NCBI GenBank assembly: GCA_965215885.1
Contig: CBDCEW010000025.1
Location: 1 to 38,278 of the forward strand
Direction of reading: 5' to 3'
DNA from: Candidatus Moanibacter sp.
GTDB lineage: Bacteria; Verrucomicrobiota; Verrucomicrobiia; Opitutales; UBA2987
DNA length: 38,278 nt
The position numbers and the translations under genes were made by a program. Positions 17,404 through 26,499 of the stretch are shown here, piece after piece. Positions within the stretch are counted from its first letter, which is position 1. Each line of letters begins with the position of its first letter. Under the pieces are notes generated by a model, which ran no database searches, was not told the DNA's origin, and saw only the letters and a program-made list of their open reading frames with translations.

Positions 17404-17639
17404 TCAAAGTCTCGCCGGGTATCAGCGTTCGCATTAACCTGCACTTCGGGAAAATCAGGACAGGAACCACGTAATTTCCGGAATCGGGCGACCTTCTTTT
17501 TTATCGCTGAGGGATCTCGAATAATCAGCCCCGAGTCGATCTTCTCAATCGTAAGGGTGCCACTTTTCAATCGGAACTCTTTCGGAATGCGTACTGCTTG
17601 GGAATTCCCATTCTTGAATACTCTTGTGGTCAATTTCAT
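17400..17639 (-). CDS. vapB: AbrB/MazE-type VapB antitoxin (79 aa)
   Basis: MKLTTRVFKNGNSQAVRIPKEFR; start ATG at 17639. Confidence 0.9.
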   Translation of the reverse strand: MKLTTRVFKNGNSQAVRIPKEFRLKSGTLTIEKIDSGLIIRDPSAIKKKVARFRKLRGSCPDFPEVQVNANADTRRDFE

Positions 17640-17741
17640 CTCAACGTGTGTATTGTGTATACGACAGATTCTGGTTGTCGAGCCTGACCAGAATGGCGCT
17701 AAGATAACGGTCATAAATTGTATGTCCGGCCTCGGTCGTCT

Positions 17742-17805
17742 TCGGCCGCAAGCAGCCTTCCTACAACAACATAAGGTGCCTGTAGGAAGCTCGCTTGCGA
17801 GCGAT
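17742..17805. repeat. Pair of GTAG-type REP sequences in opposite orientation
   Basis: TCGGCCGCAAGCAGCCTTCCTAC and GTAGGAAGCTCGCTTGCGAGCGAT; the latter (17782-17805) is identical to 29140-29163. Confidence 0.75.
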
Positions 17806-17950
17806 AATCCCGGTATCGCAGTGCCATTCAAATCTGACCATTTACTTCCTGTAACTTCTGTTCAGTCAGAAACCTTTCAGTGAAAGAATCGCAATTGCGT
17901 TGCCTTCTGGTTGCGAAAACGCAACGGTTGCGCGACCAAGTTCCCGAAAG

Positions 17951-19304
17951 ATGCAACGCTCCTCCCCGAGACATCGCACGGTCAAAACGCTATTTCCGGC
18001 GGGTCTTTTCATCGGAGTTATTCTTGTCTGTGGTCTCATTTTTAACCTGAGAAGGGCCGATCGCGTCTCGAACGATTCCGAAATCCCCGATTCATCGAGC
18101 CATAGTTCGAGGGTGGAGAGGGACGCGGACGAGCATCCCGACGGAAGAACGGGTAGGGGGAGCTACAAGCACTCGCCCCCCGGTGAGGATTCTCAGCCAA
18201 CCCTTGACTCAATAGATGAGGCCTGGTCTCGGATCTCAAATGGCAGTTCGACAGAGGAAACACTCGCCATTCTGATCGAACTGAGAAAAGTCCTCGCATC
18301 CGGTAGCAGGAAAGAAGGAGCGGAGGCGCTCCTGGAGTTCCTCAAGAGCAGGAAGGATGCATCGACAGGATTGCCTTTTCATCTGAACAACAAGGGCTTT
18401 CTCGACCATGCCCCAACCCTGCGAGTATTCGCCTATGATCAATTGGGAAGATTAGATCCGGGTTCAGCTAAGGATTACGCGTATACCGTTCTCGATTCGA
18501 ATGACTCGGGAGCGGAGTGGGCAATCGCCCTGCGGAGTATCGGTAAATTGATGAGCCCCCGAGAAGCCTCTTCGAATGTCTATTTTCTCGACAAACTGGA
18601 AGAATTGCTGGGCAATCGCCCTGCGGAGTATCGGTAAATTGATGAGCCCCCGAGAAGCCTCTTCGAATGTCTATTTTCTCGACAAACTGGAAGAATTGCT
18701 AGGCTATGATCCCTGGCTCGAAGATCCCTCGATGGGCTTTCTGCAGTCTTTTGACGCAGTCGTTTATAGTGGCAATCCGGCGCTCGCCGCGCGATTGGCT
18801 TCCCTTATTAACGACGCTTCGACCCTCCGGGCGGTTCGCTATGCCGCGACTCTGGCTCTCGACCGAATGGTGCTGGACCAGTTCAGGTCAATCGTCCCCG
18901 ACCTTCGGCGGGATCCTGAGCTTCTTTCTGCTTATCCAAAAGTGCGGTCGAATCTTCTGGCAAGAGCCGATTTGAGAATACCGGAAGAAAGAGTAATTGT
19001 CGAAGACTACCTCTTGGATGAGAACGTATCGGAAGCGGAATTAGCTCATTTTGTAAGTGCATTCCCAAACGCGAATCTGGAGATCTCCTATAATCTCCTG
19101 ACTCGACCGAAAAGATCCACGATCTCCGATTTGATTCAGCACGATCGGTCCGCTTATGCGGTGGTAGTTGATTGGAAATCGGATGCAAGATTTTCCCATA
19201 TTGCTCAAAAGATCGAAGTCATTGAGAGCAGGCTGAAGAGGTTTCTGGAGTCGGCGGAAAGGGGCCGACGGCAAACCGTCGCGCGGAATAACGGAGTCCA
19301 GTAA
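17951..19304 (+). pseudogene. Membrane-anchored helical hypothetical protein (~420 aa) frameshifted by a 91-bp tandem duplication
   Basis: ORFs 17900-18637 and 18576-19304 share the peptide WAIALRSIGKLMSPREASSNVYFLDKLEELLG; deleting one copy joins them in frame. Confidence 0.75.
18518..18700. repeat. Perfect 91-bp tandem duplication
   Basis: Copies start at 18518 and 18609. Confidence 0.95.
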
Positions 19305-19305
19305 C

Positions 19306-21810
19306 ATGAGTTTCGAATTCTCCAGGTTCCGTGCAGGTGGCAGATGCAGGCTTCTACTCGCTCATGCACTTGCCGCATCGTGGATTATCAATTCCGCCTC
19401 CGCTCAGATTGAGCAGCGACTGCCGAATCCGGTCAGTGATGTCTCCGTCAAACCCTATTCAGATGTCGGGCTCGTTTCTTCCTCCGGAGGTTCGGGAAGT
19501 GGATTCGTCCTGAAGAGTCCACGTGTGATTCTATCCGCTGCGCACGTCTTTCATGATGACGACGGTAACCTGGAGTTTCAAGACGCGACCTGGCACCGGC
19601 AGCATCACGGCCAATTTTTCCCTTTATCGTCCTCGGGAATTCCCCTGCGTCGTATCTGGTCGTTTACCGGGCCCTCCGGGTATGGCGCGATGGTGGCGGA
19701 GAACGGGGTTCGCGATTTAGAATCCTTCAACATCGATATCGTGGCCATACATGGATACCAAGATCTCGGCGACGGAGAAAACGCCGATTTCTACCTTGAC
19801 GGCAGGGAGGCCCTTCGATCGGAGCGCGAGAAAAAGATCATAGGGTATCCTTCTTCTCTTTACGACGACGTCGTCCGTCCCTCTTCAAGCTCCTCCAGGT
19901 ATCGCATGCACGAGACCAACTCGAGTTTTACCCCATACAGTGCAGGAATGCCCGCGTCACCATTTTTTCTAAGAGTGCTTAGCGCCGACAAGGACGAGAC
20001 CGATCTCATCTCCGCTCCGGGAAACAGCGGGGGAGCCGCAATGGTCCAGGACGAAGTTGGTAACTGGCGTGTGGCCGGTGTAACTGTAGCCCACCAGCCT
20101 GATCTCATAATAGGAGAAGATTCGGAAGGAGAGGACATCACAGCCGGTCGAAACGGCGCCAGCGCTCTAAGAGAAGAAGTGTTCCGAGAGCTGGTTGATC
20201 CCGCCTTGGAAAATTCGAGTCTACCTCCGTCACCGACTGGCCTCAGGGCCTCTGACGGGACCCAAGACTTCTTCGTCCGGATACTTTGGTACAGCATTGA
20301 TGGAGCCGGCGTTTCTGAGCTCTTCCGCAATACGATCAACTCAACGACAGGTGCGGAGATGATTTACGCGGGAGGAAGCACCTTTTTCGACGATCGAACC
20401 ATAGATCTGGACATCGTTTACTATTATTTTGTGAGAGCGCGGATAGGAGACACAGTAACGGGCCTCTCCGCGGGCGAGAGCGGGTTTGTGGCTGATAAGA
20501 ATATCTCCGACTTGAGCTTGAGCAATTTTGAGTTCTTTCCGCTTCGGCTGAAACCAAATGATGTCCCTGAAAGAGTTTCCTATCGAATAACAAACGAAGG
20601 CTCTTCGCATTTTGATAATGAAGGTCAGCGATTCCTGGTAAGCCTCTTCTTATCGAAGGATGACTCTCGCGATCCTTTCGATGACTGGATTAGATTCAGC
20701 CCCTGGTCTGATGGATCTCTCGCCAAGGGTGAGAGTTGGGACCTAACGGTACCCCCGAATGAGTTGAGTCGCCTGATCATCCCGGAGAATGTTTCCGGTA
20801 TCCGGCACGTCTATGCGTCCGTAGTGTTGGAGCCCAGTCATACGGAAATCGATACCCGTGTCGGGAATAACAGTATTTTCCTGGAATCTCCGATTCTCAT
20901 TGCGAAATCGGAGGGAGCAGAAGGTCTCAGGGTTGAGGGGGAGGCGGATTTGGTTAACGATGGCACCGAATTCCAGGGATTCATCTACAATGGTTTCCAA
21001 CTGGTTGAGGATCGTGGAGTGTTCGCTTCGGAGCCAGGCACAATTACGCGAGTCTCCATGTTGGATCCGGGAGGCGACTTGATTTTCTTTGAGTTTGGCA
21101 GCGACAACCCTGCCACAACGATGGAGATTATTGTCGACGAGGGTTACCTCCAGAAGGTGCCTTCCCCCTACAACCAGGAAGGGGTAACCTATACGCAGGG
21201 ACTCGCCTCCGTCACTATTCGGTATGCCACCGAATTGACCTTCATTTCCGTATTCTCCCTTGGCAACGATCCCAATAGAATCAATCTCACCCTTATCAAT
21301 GCGCAAAGCTTCCCCGAAAACGCAGACGGTATGGCGGACATCAAGAAGCTGAGTATCGAATCGATTGATGGAAAGATTGGAGGAATCAATCTGGCGAACG
21401 CAAATCTCACCGATTCCTCTGAATGCAGTCCCAATGAAACTTTCGGCCTGATCGCCGAATCGATCCAGCATTTCTGCTTTCTCGGTGACATCACCTATGT
21501 CGAAGGTGGTGGAATTCCCACAATCCAGATCAGTCCCGATTCGCCGATCGATCAAATCCTGGTTTCGGGAGGTGATTTCTTTGAATCCGGTCAAGGCAAC
21601 GAGGAGGCAAAGATCAGGACATTGGGTAGAATCTATCCCTTTCCCTTTGTCGTCACTGATGCACAACGCTCAATAGCGAATTCTCAATTTCGCGAGGATC
21701 TGGAAGACGGGAAGATCCCGGCTTCGCGCGACACTATCCTGATCGATCCGGACCGTTACTTTGACACCCCAGGTCAAACCGTGAAACTCCATCCCGACCT
21801 AGAAGAATAA
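19306..21810 (+). CDS. Secreted trypsin-like serine protease with FN3 and CARDB/Ig-like domains and an unrecognised C-terminal domain
   Basis: Signal peptide (...INSASA); GSGFV...LSAAHV, DIV, PGNSGG triad motifs; PTGLRASDG...YYYFVRA (FN3); DLSLS...ITNEG...GNN (CARDB-like). Confidence 0.8.
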   Translation: MSFEFSRFRAGGRCRLLLAHALAASWIINSASAQIEQRLPNPVSDVSVKPYSDVGLVSSSGGSGSGFVLKSPRVILSAAHVFHDDDGNLEFQDATWHRQHHGQFFPLSSSGIPLRRIWSFTGPSGYGAMVAENGVRDLESFNIDIVAIHGYQDLGDGENADFYLDGREALRSEREKKIIGYPSSLYDDVVRPSSSSSRYRMHETNSSFTPYSAGMPASPFFLRVLSADKDETDLISAPGNSGGAAMVQDEVGNWRVAGVTVAHQPDLIIGEDSEGEDITAGRNGASALREEVFRELVDPALENSSLPPSPTGLRASDGTQDFFVRILWYSIDGAGVSELFRNTINSTTGAEMIYAGGSTFFDDRTIDLDIVYYYFVRARIGDTVTGLSAGESGFVADKNISDLSLSNFEFFPLRLKPNDVPERVSYRITNEGSSHFDNEGQRFLVSLFLSKDDSRDPFDDWIRFSPWSDGSLAKGESWDLTVPPNELSRLIIPENVSGIRHVYASVVLEPSHTEIDTRVGNNSIFLESPILIAKSEGAEGLRVEGEADLVNDGTEFQGFIYNGFQLVEDRGVFASEPGTITRVSMLDPGGDLIFFEFGSDNPATTMEIIVDEGYLQKVPSPYNQEGVTYTQGLASVTIRYATELTFISVFSLGNDPNRINLTLINAQSFPENADGMADIKKLSIESIDGKIGGINLANANLTDSSECSPNETFGLIAESIQHFCFLGDITYVEGGGIPTIQISPDSPIDQILVSGGDFFESGQGNEEAKIRTLGRIYPFPFVVTDAQRSIANSQFREDLEDGKIPASRDTILIDPDRYFDTPGQTVKLHPDLEE

Positions 21811-21849
21811 TAGTCCCGATAATCAATCCCCCGTCCACTCCCGCGAGCA

Positions 21850-22233
21850 TAACGAAGGCAGCCAATCGACTATCGAGTAGTTACATTGGTCAGGGTACTC
21901 GGGGCCTCCCCTGGCGGTTTACTCCCCAAGAGCTCTCTCGTCGCTCGCCTGGTTACTTCTCTGCCGTTGCACGGCTCGATGCTGTCTTAGACCCCTGGGC
22001 GGCTCCCTGATGGAGAGGATCGGCTCAGTCCCAAACTTGGTGGTTCTCGGGGCTACGTGTCAGATTCAGAGCTACACCCTTCACCCCGCCGCACTCGCTA
22101 ATTTCCTTTCTTCCTTTCGGTCTTCTCAGTCATTTCACTTCGGGGCCGCTGACCAGGCACTACCCGGGGAGGCTTACATGCCGTTGACATGTTCCTCCTC
22201 GACAGCCAACCATTGCCAGGCTGCCCCATCATT
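21850..22233 (-). ncRNA. Candidate large structured RNA, group II intron domain-I-like
   Basis: Basal stem 21857-21863/22219-22225; hairpins at 21874-21901, 21963-21975, 22048-22088 and 22176-22192; G-U pairs favour the minus strand. Confidence 0.45.
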
Positions 22234-22245
22234 CCACTCCTTTTC

Positions 22246-22755
22246 TCACTCTCTCAAAATCTCATCCACATCCAGCGGTTCATCGAGAGCCATGGATGCG
22301 ACACGCCGGAATAGAGTCGCAGTGTGCACGACACCGATGGCACGCCTTCCCTCAGCGACTGGAAGAAAGTCCAGACCCGCGCGCACAACCTTCCGGATAG
22401 CATCGACGATGGAATCGTGAGCCCGAAGCAGGGGCGGGTCTTTGATGGCGGCTTCGAAGACGCTCGATTGCAGCCGACCTTGTGCCCGTTCGAGAAAATC
22501 CCTTGCGGAGTGATCTTCGTTGACCGCCTCTTTGAAAGAGCCATCAACATGCGTTTCGTCCGCACACAGACCCTGTAGTAAAGCGAGCGGGGAAACGATA
22601 CCGGAAACGTCGCCTTCGCTATCCAAAATCACCATGGCCGGAAAGCTACCGTCCCGTTCCATTGCCGCTACGGCGATACCGAGGGTTTCGCGAAGGGTAT
22701 GCCCGCTGCCCAGCCTGATGTAGGAGGGACTGATCAGATCACCTAAGTCCGACAT
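22246..22755 (-). CDS. CBS domain-containing protein
   Basis: MVILDSEGDVSGIVS and FLPVAEGRRAIGVV form a CBS pair. Confidence 0.8.
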   Translation of the reverse strand: MSDLGDLISPSYIRLGSGHTLRETLGIAVAAMERDGSFPAMVILDSEGDVSGIVSPLALLQGLCADETHVDGSFKEAVNEDHSARDFLERAQGRLQSSVFEAAIKDPPLLRAHDSIVDAIRKVVRAGLDFLPVAEGRRAIGVVHTATLFRRVASMALDEPLDVDEILRE

Positions 22756-22850
22756 ATATCCCTCAATGTTTCAAAAATTCTAGAAATCATAACTCTTTCG
22801 TTACAAATCATTTGTATCCTATCGCGAAATGCCATTTGAAACTTTGACGG

Positions 22851-25178
22851 TTACAGCGCGCCTTCCTCCACAGGCTTCTCCGCAAGTTCTTCCATTACCG
22901 TAGCCGGGTTAAGTTGCAAACAGCTGCAGAGACTTGAAATGAGGGTGGCATCGCGAACAATACCGACGAGGCGGTCATCATTATCGACGACGGGAATATC
23001 AACTGCGCCATGACGGCAGGCGTAGGCGATCATCTCGCCCAAGGAAGCATTTCCATCGAACCGAGGTAATTCCTTTGCCGCCAGGGTCTCAATCGAACTT
23101 TCCAGGGATTGCCGGATGGTTGTGCGCAGTTCACTTTCGTTCATTTTCTCGGTTCCCTCATTAGGCACATGCACGACCAAGGCGTCCAGCATGGTGCGCA
23201 GGTTTAACTCCCCGGCCACCCGCCCCTCACGATCCTGAAGAAAAAGCGTCCGAGGATTCAACGTCGGCTCCCGTTTCTGCATCTCCGACATCAACCAGAC
23301 CGCTTCTCGCAGCTGATGCTGATTGCCAAAGCGGATGGCCCGATGGGACAACAGGTTCTCGGCCGCCGGGATGTCGTCTGCGATTCTGGCAAAGGGCTCT
23401 CTCGTGGCCTCCTGGCGGCGGCGTGCCATCTCTACGATATTCCAGGCGCGCGCCAACGCCAACTCGGTGGATTGAAACAAGTGAATGTCGGCATAAAAGA
23501 TGTTTTGCTCGCCGATTGCTCGGCGAAGCCCCGATCCCGTCATCACCTGCTTCAATTCATCTTCTATGCCACATATTACCAACGTGATATTGCGCTCCTT
23601 CAGGACCTTCCAGAAATGTCCCAGCATGGCCATGGCGCTGCTGCCGACGGCGCGCATTCGTTTCATTCTCAACACCACGACGCGTGTCTCCGCGGTCAGG
23701 CAACGCAGCAGTTCGTGGTCGAGGTCTTCAACCGCCGCGAAATACAAATCGCCCTCCAGGTTCACAGTAACAACGGGCGACGGCGCGGCCCGGTTAAAAG
23801 GTACTTCGTCGAATCCGGAATCCGGGCGCGGAACGAGCTGGGTTAAATCGGCCCTACCCGTTACGCGAAGAAAGAGGACGATGGAGAGGAACACCCCGAC
23901 AAAGATAGCGTATTCAAGGGGAAGCAGAAGGGTGGCCGCGAGGGTCCCGCCAAGCACCATCTTCGAATTACGGCCCGACCGCCAGGCCAGAGCCATGCGG
24001 TGCTTGTCCACCATCGTGTAGGCCACGACTACTAGAATGCCGGCGAGACTCGCCGTGGGTATGTAATTGGCCAGGGGTCCAAACGCAACCAGAGTCAGGC
24101 CAGTCCAAAAGGCGGAGTAGATAGCCGCCATGCGCGTTTTGCCACCGGATCGAAAACAAACAGCGGAACGGGTAAAAGAACCGGAACCGGCAAAACATGA
24201 GAAAAAGCCGCCAACTATATTCCCCAGGCCCTGGCCCGTAAATTCCCGATTAAAATCGAGACGCTGGCCCGATGTAGCAGCCATGGCTCTGGCGATCGAG
24301 GCGGCTTCCACCAGCCCCAGGAGCGCCAGAGCTATCGCACCCGCACCCAGTTCGCGCATCAATTCCAGGTTGGGGTTTGCGATCAGCTCGGGGATATGGC
24401 CGATGTTGAGATCGCCGCGTATCGGTTCAATATCTCGGACAATACTGATCTTCCTCTCTCCTCGATCCGGTTCGTGCCAACCCAGGACGAAGGCGAATAC
24501 AGCGGCAAGCGCCACCCCGATCAACGCCCCCGGCAGGCGCGGGTTGATTCGGGGTAAAATGATCACCACGGCCGCCGTCACAACACCGAGAATAAGCGCG
24601 TGAGGGTTCGTCTCCGGAAGGTGGCGAAGGGTAACCGCGAGAACCATAAAGAAGCCCTCGATGTGCTCCCCGGAGAGATTGAGACCAAGCAGATTCTTCA
24701 ACTGGTTGGCGGCGATGAGGATACCCGCGCCCGCCGTAAATCCTACCACAACAGAATTCGACACGTAGCGAACGATGCCACCGAGCCGGAGTAGCCCGAA
24801 CGACAACTGAATCAACCCCGTCAGAATGGTCAGCAGAAGCACGCACTCGATCAGCGAGACACCGTATTTCTCGGGCAGGTGCAACGTCAGACTGAGGATG
24901 ACCATGCACAGCGCATTTGTCGGGCCTGTTACCAGATGGCTGGAACTACCGAGGACCGCGGCAACAACACAGGTAACAATCGCGGTATAAAGCCCATAGA
25001 CCGGCGGAAGTCCCGCGATCAAAGCATACGCCATCGCTTGCGGGACCCCCATGACCGCCACCGTCAGCCCGGCAATCATATCTCCACGCAATTCGTGCGC
25101 AGCATAGGAAGTCAAACGCCGACGCGTCTTTTCGCCCACCTCAGTCAGGGAAAATTTAAGCGAACTCTTCATCGCCAC
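22851..25178 (-). CDS. SulP family anion transporter with STAS domain and C-terminal CBS pair
   Basis: AGLTVA...PQAMAYALIAGLPPVYGLY, GPTNA, GSGSFTRSA, GDLYFAA (STAS), IPVVDNDDRLVGIV. Confidence 0.93.
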   Translation of the reverse strand: MAMKSSLKFSLTEVGEKTRRRLTSYAAHELRGDMIAGLTVAVMGVPQAMAYALIAGLPPVYGLYTAIVTCVVAAVLGSSSHLVTGPTNALCMVILSLTLHLPEKYGVSLIECVLLLTILTGLIQLSFGLLRLGGIVRYVSNSVVVGFTAGAGILIAANQLKNLLGLNLSGEHIEGFFMVLAVTLRHLPETNPHALILGVVTAAVVIILPRINPRLPGALIGVALAAVFAFVLGWHEPDRGERKISIVRDIEPIRGDLNIGHIPELIANPNLELMRELGAGAIALALLGLVEAASIARAMAATSGQRLDFNREFTGQGLGNIVGGFFSCFAGSGSFTRSAVCFRSGGKTRMAAIYSAFWTGLTLVAFGPLANYIPTASLAGILVVVAYTMVDKHRMALAWRSGRNSKMVLGGTLAATLLLPLEYAIFVGVFLSIVLFLRVTGRADLTQLVPRPDSGFDEVPFNRAAPSPVVTVNLEGDLYFAAVEDLDHELLRCLTAETRVVVLRMKRMRAVGSSAMAMLGHFWKVLKERNITLVICGIEDELKQVMTGSGLRRAIGEQNIFYADIHLFQSTELALARAWNIVEMARRRQEATREPFARIADDIPAAENLLSHRAIRFGNQHQLREAVWLMSEMQKREPTLNPRTLFLQDREGRVAGELNLRTMLDALVVHVPNEGTEKMNESELRTTIRQSLESSIETLAAKELPRFDGNASLGEMIAYACRHGAVDIPVVDNDDRLVGIVRDATLISSLCSCLQLNPATVMEELAEKPVEEGAL

Positions 25179-25653
25179 TGTGACGCTGAACCCATACCCT
25201 CACGTTGATCCGGCGTGAAGGTTTCTTCAAGGGTGAATATCTCGCGAATGCCCATTCCGCGATGAAAACGCCAAAGTCCCCCTTTTCATCTCCAGGGCGA
25301 TGCAGCAATCTAGCGGCGACCCATTCCGTCCCCCTCGGCCGAATCTGCAGTAGCAATACGAAAATCGGATTCCTGCCTTGCTCGAACAAATAAAATGATA
25401 CTTCGCACTACGACCCCAATCTCCAACTTACACTTTATAATAGATATCCAAATTAAGAGCCTTCTTGCCGCCTTTTCCGTCTATTTACCTGTCCCTTATA
25501 TTTATCTTCGATACATCTTTCCGGTCTGGAATGTATATGGCATAGGAATTCTCCTTGATTCGACGCCTATTCTTTCGACTGGCGCGTACGCTTTTCCGCC
25601 ACAGAACGGCGATCAGAGTCAATAGATGCCGCAAAAGAACTTCCTGATGATAT

Positions 25654-26466
25654 CTATTCGTCGGTCAAATTGCCCATTAAAGCTAAAGGAGAAGCTGCAA
25701 ACAGACCCGCGTCGACAGGAATAACGACACCGGATATCCAGCGGGATTCGTCGCTGGCCAGGAAAACTGCTGTCCACGCCACGTCCCAGGCCGTACCTTC
25801 GGTGCCGAGGGGCGCGATCCGGCGGCGGCGCTCTCTCAAATCTTCGGAGATCTGGTGGACGAAAGTTGTATGGATATGTCCCGGTGCAATGCAATTGACC
25901 CGGATATTCTCCCGGCCGTGGTGAACGGAAGTTTGACGGGTGAGCGTAATGATGCCTCCTTTAGCGACGCCATAGGGTATATTGGGGGTGAATCCCGCCC
26001 GCATGCCGTCGATCGACGAGATGTTGATTATAGACCCGCCGCCCGACTCCACCATTCTGGGGATCGCGTATTTACAGAGGAAGGCCATGCTCTTCAATCC
26101 TACCGCCATCTGGTGGTCCCAGTTCTCCTCTTCAATCTCCGTGACCTTACCGGGGCCGTACATCCCCACATTGTTGAACAAAATGTCCAAACTTGAGTAG
26201 TGTTCGATAGCGGTCTCCACTATCTTGCGGCACTCGCTGGGTTCCGATACGTCCGCTTCAACGATCTCTGCCTGACCGCCTTCCCCCTGAATCTTCACTC
26301 GAGTTCTTTCCGCATTCCCACGGTCGATATCTGCCAGCACCACCTTAGCGCCCTCTCGAGCAAAGAGCATCGCGGTTGCGCTCCCCGTACCGACTAGTCC
26401 GCTCTCTTCAACTACCCGCGTTCCCGCCCCCGTAACAATGGCAACTTTGCCCTCCAGGCGATTCAT
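25654..26466 (-). CDS. SDR family NAD(P)-dependent oxidoreductase
   Basis: VAIVTGAG, NNVG, IINISS, YGVAK, RVNCIAPG. Confidence 0.95.
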   Translation of the reverse strand: MNRLEGKVAIVTGAGTRVVEESGLVGTGSATAMLFAREGAKVVLADIDRGNAERTRVKIQGEGGQAEIVEADVSEPSECRKIVETAIEHYSSLDILFNNVGMYGPGKVTEIEEENWDHQMAVGLKSMAFLCKYAIPRMVESGGGSIINISSIDGMRAGFTPNIPYGVAKGGIITLTRQTSVHHGRENIRVNCIAPGHIHTTFVHQISEDLRERRRRIAPLGTEGTAWDVAWTAVFLASDESRWISGVVIPVDAGLFAASPLALMGNLTDE

Positions 26467-26499
26467 CCGATTTCCATCTGCCGCAGCCTGAGTCTTTTC

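Noticed and set aside
17640..17831. 64-aa N-terminal extension of VapB in the ORF track
   Set aside because: It runs through REP repeats; the AbrB domain starts at ATG 17639.
16994..17883. Plus-strand ORFs 16994-17368, 17055-17474 and 17236-17883
   Set aside because: They overlap vapB, the vapC remnant and repeat elements; no recognisable product.
21850..22233. RNase P RNA or tmRNA identity for the structured region
   Set aside because: Lacks the GAGGAAAGUCC and ACAGAA...GCUUA RNase P signatures and a tRNA-like CCA end.
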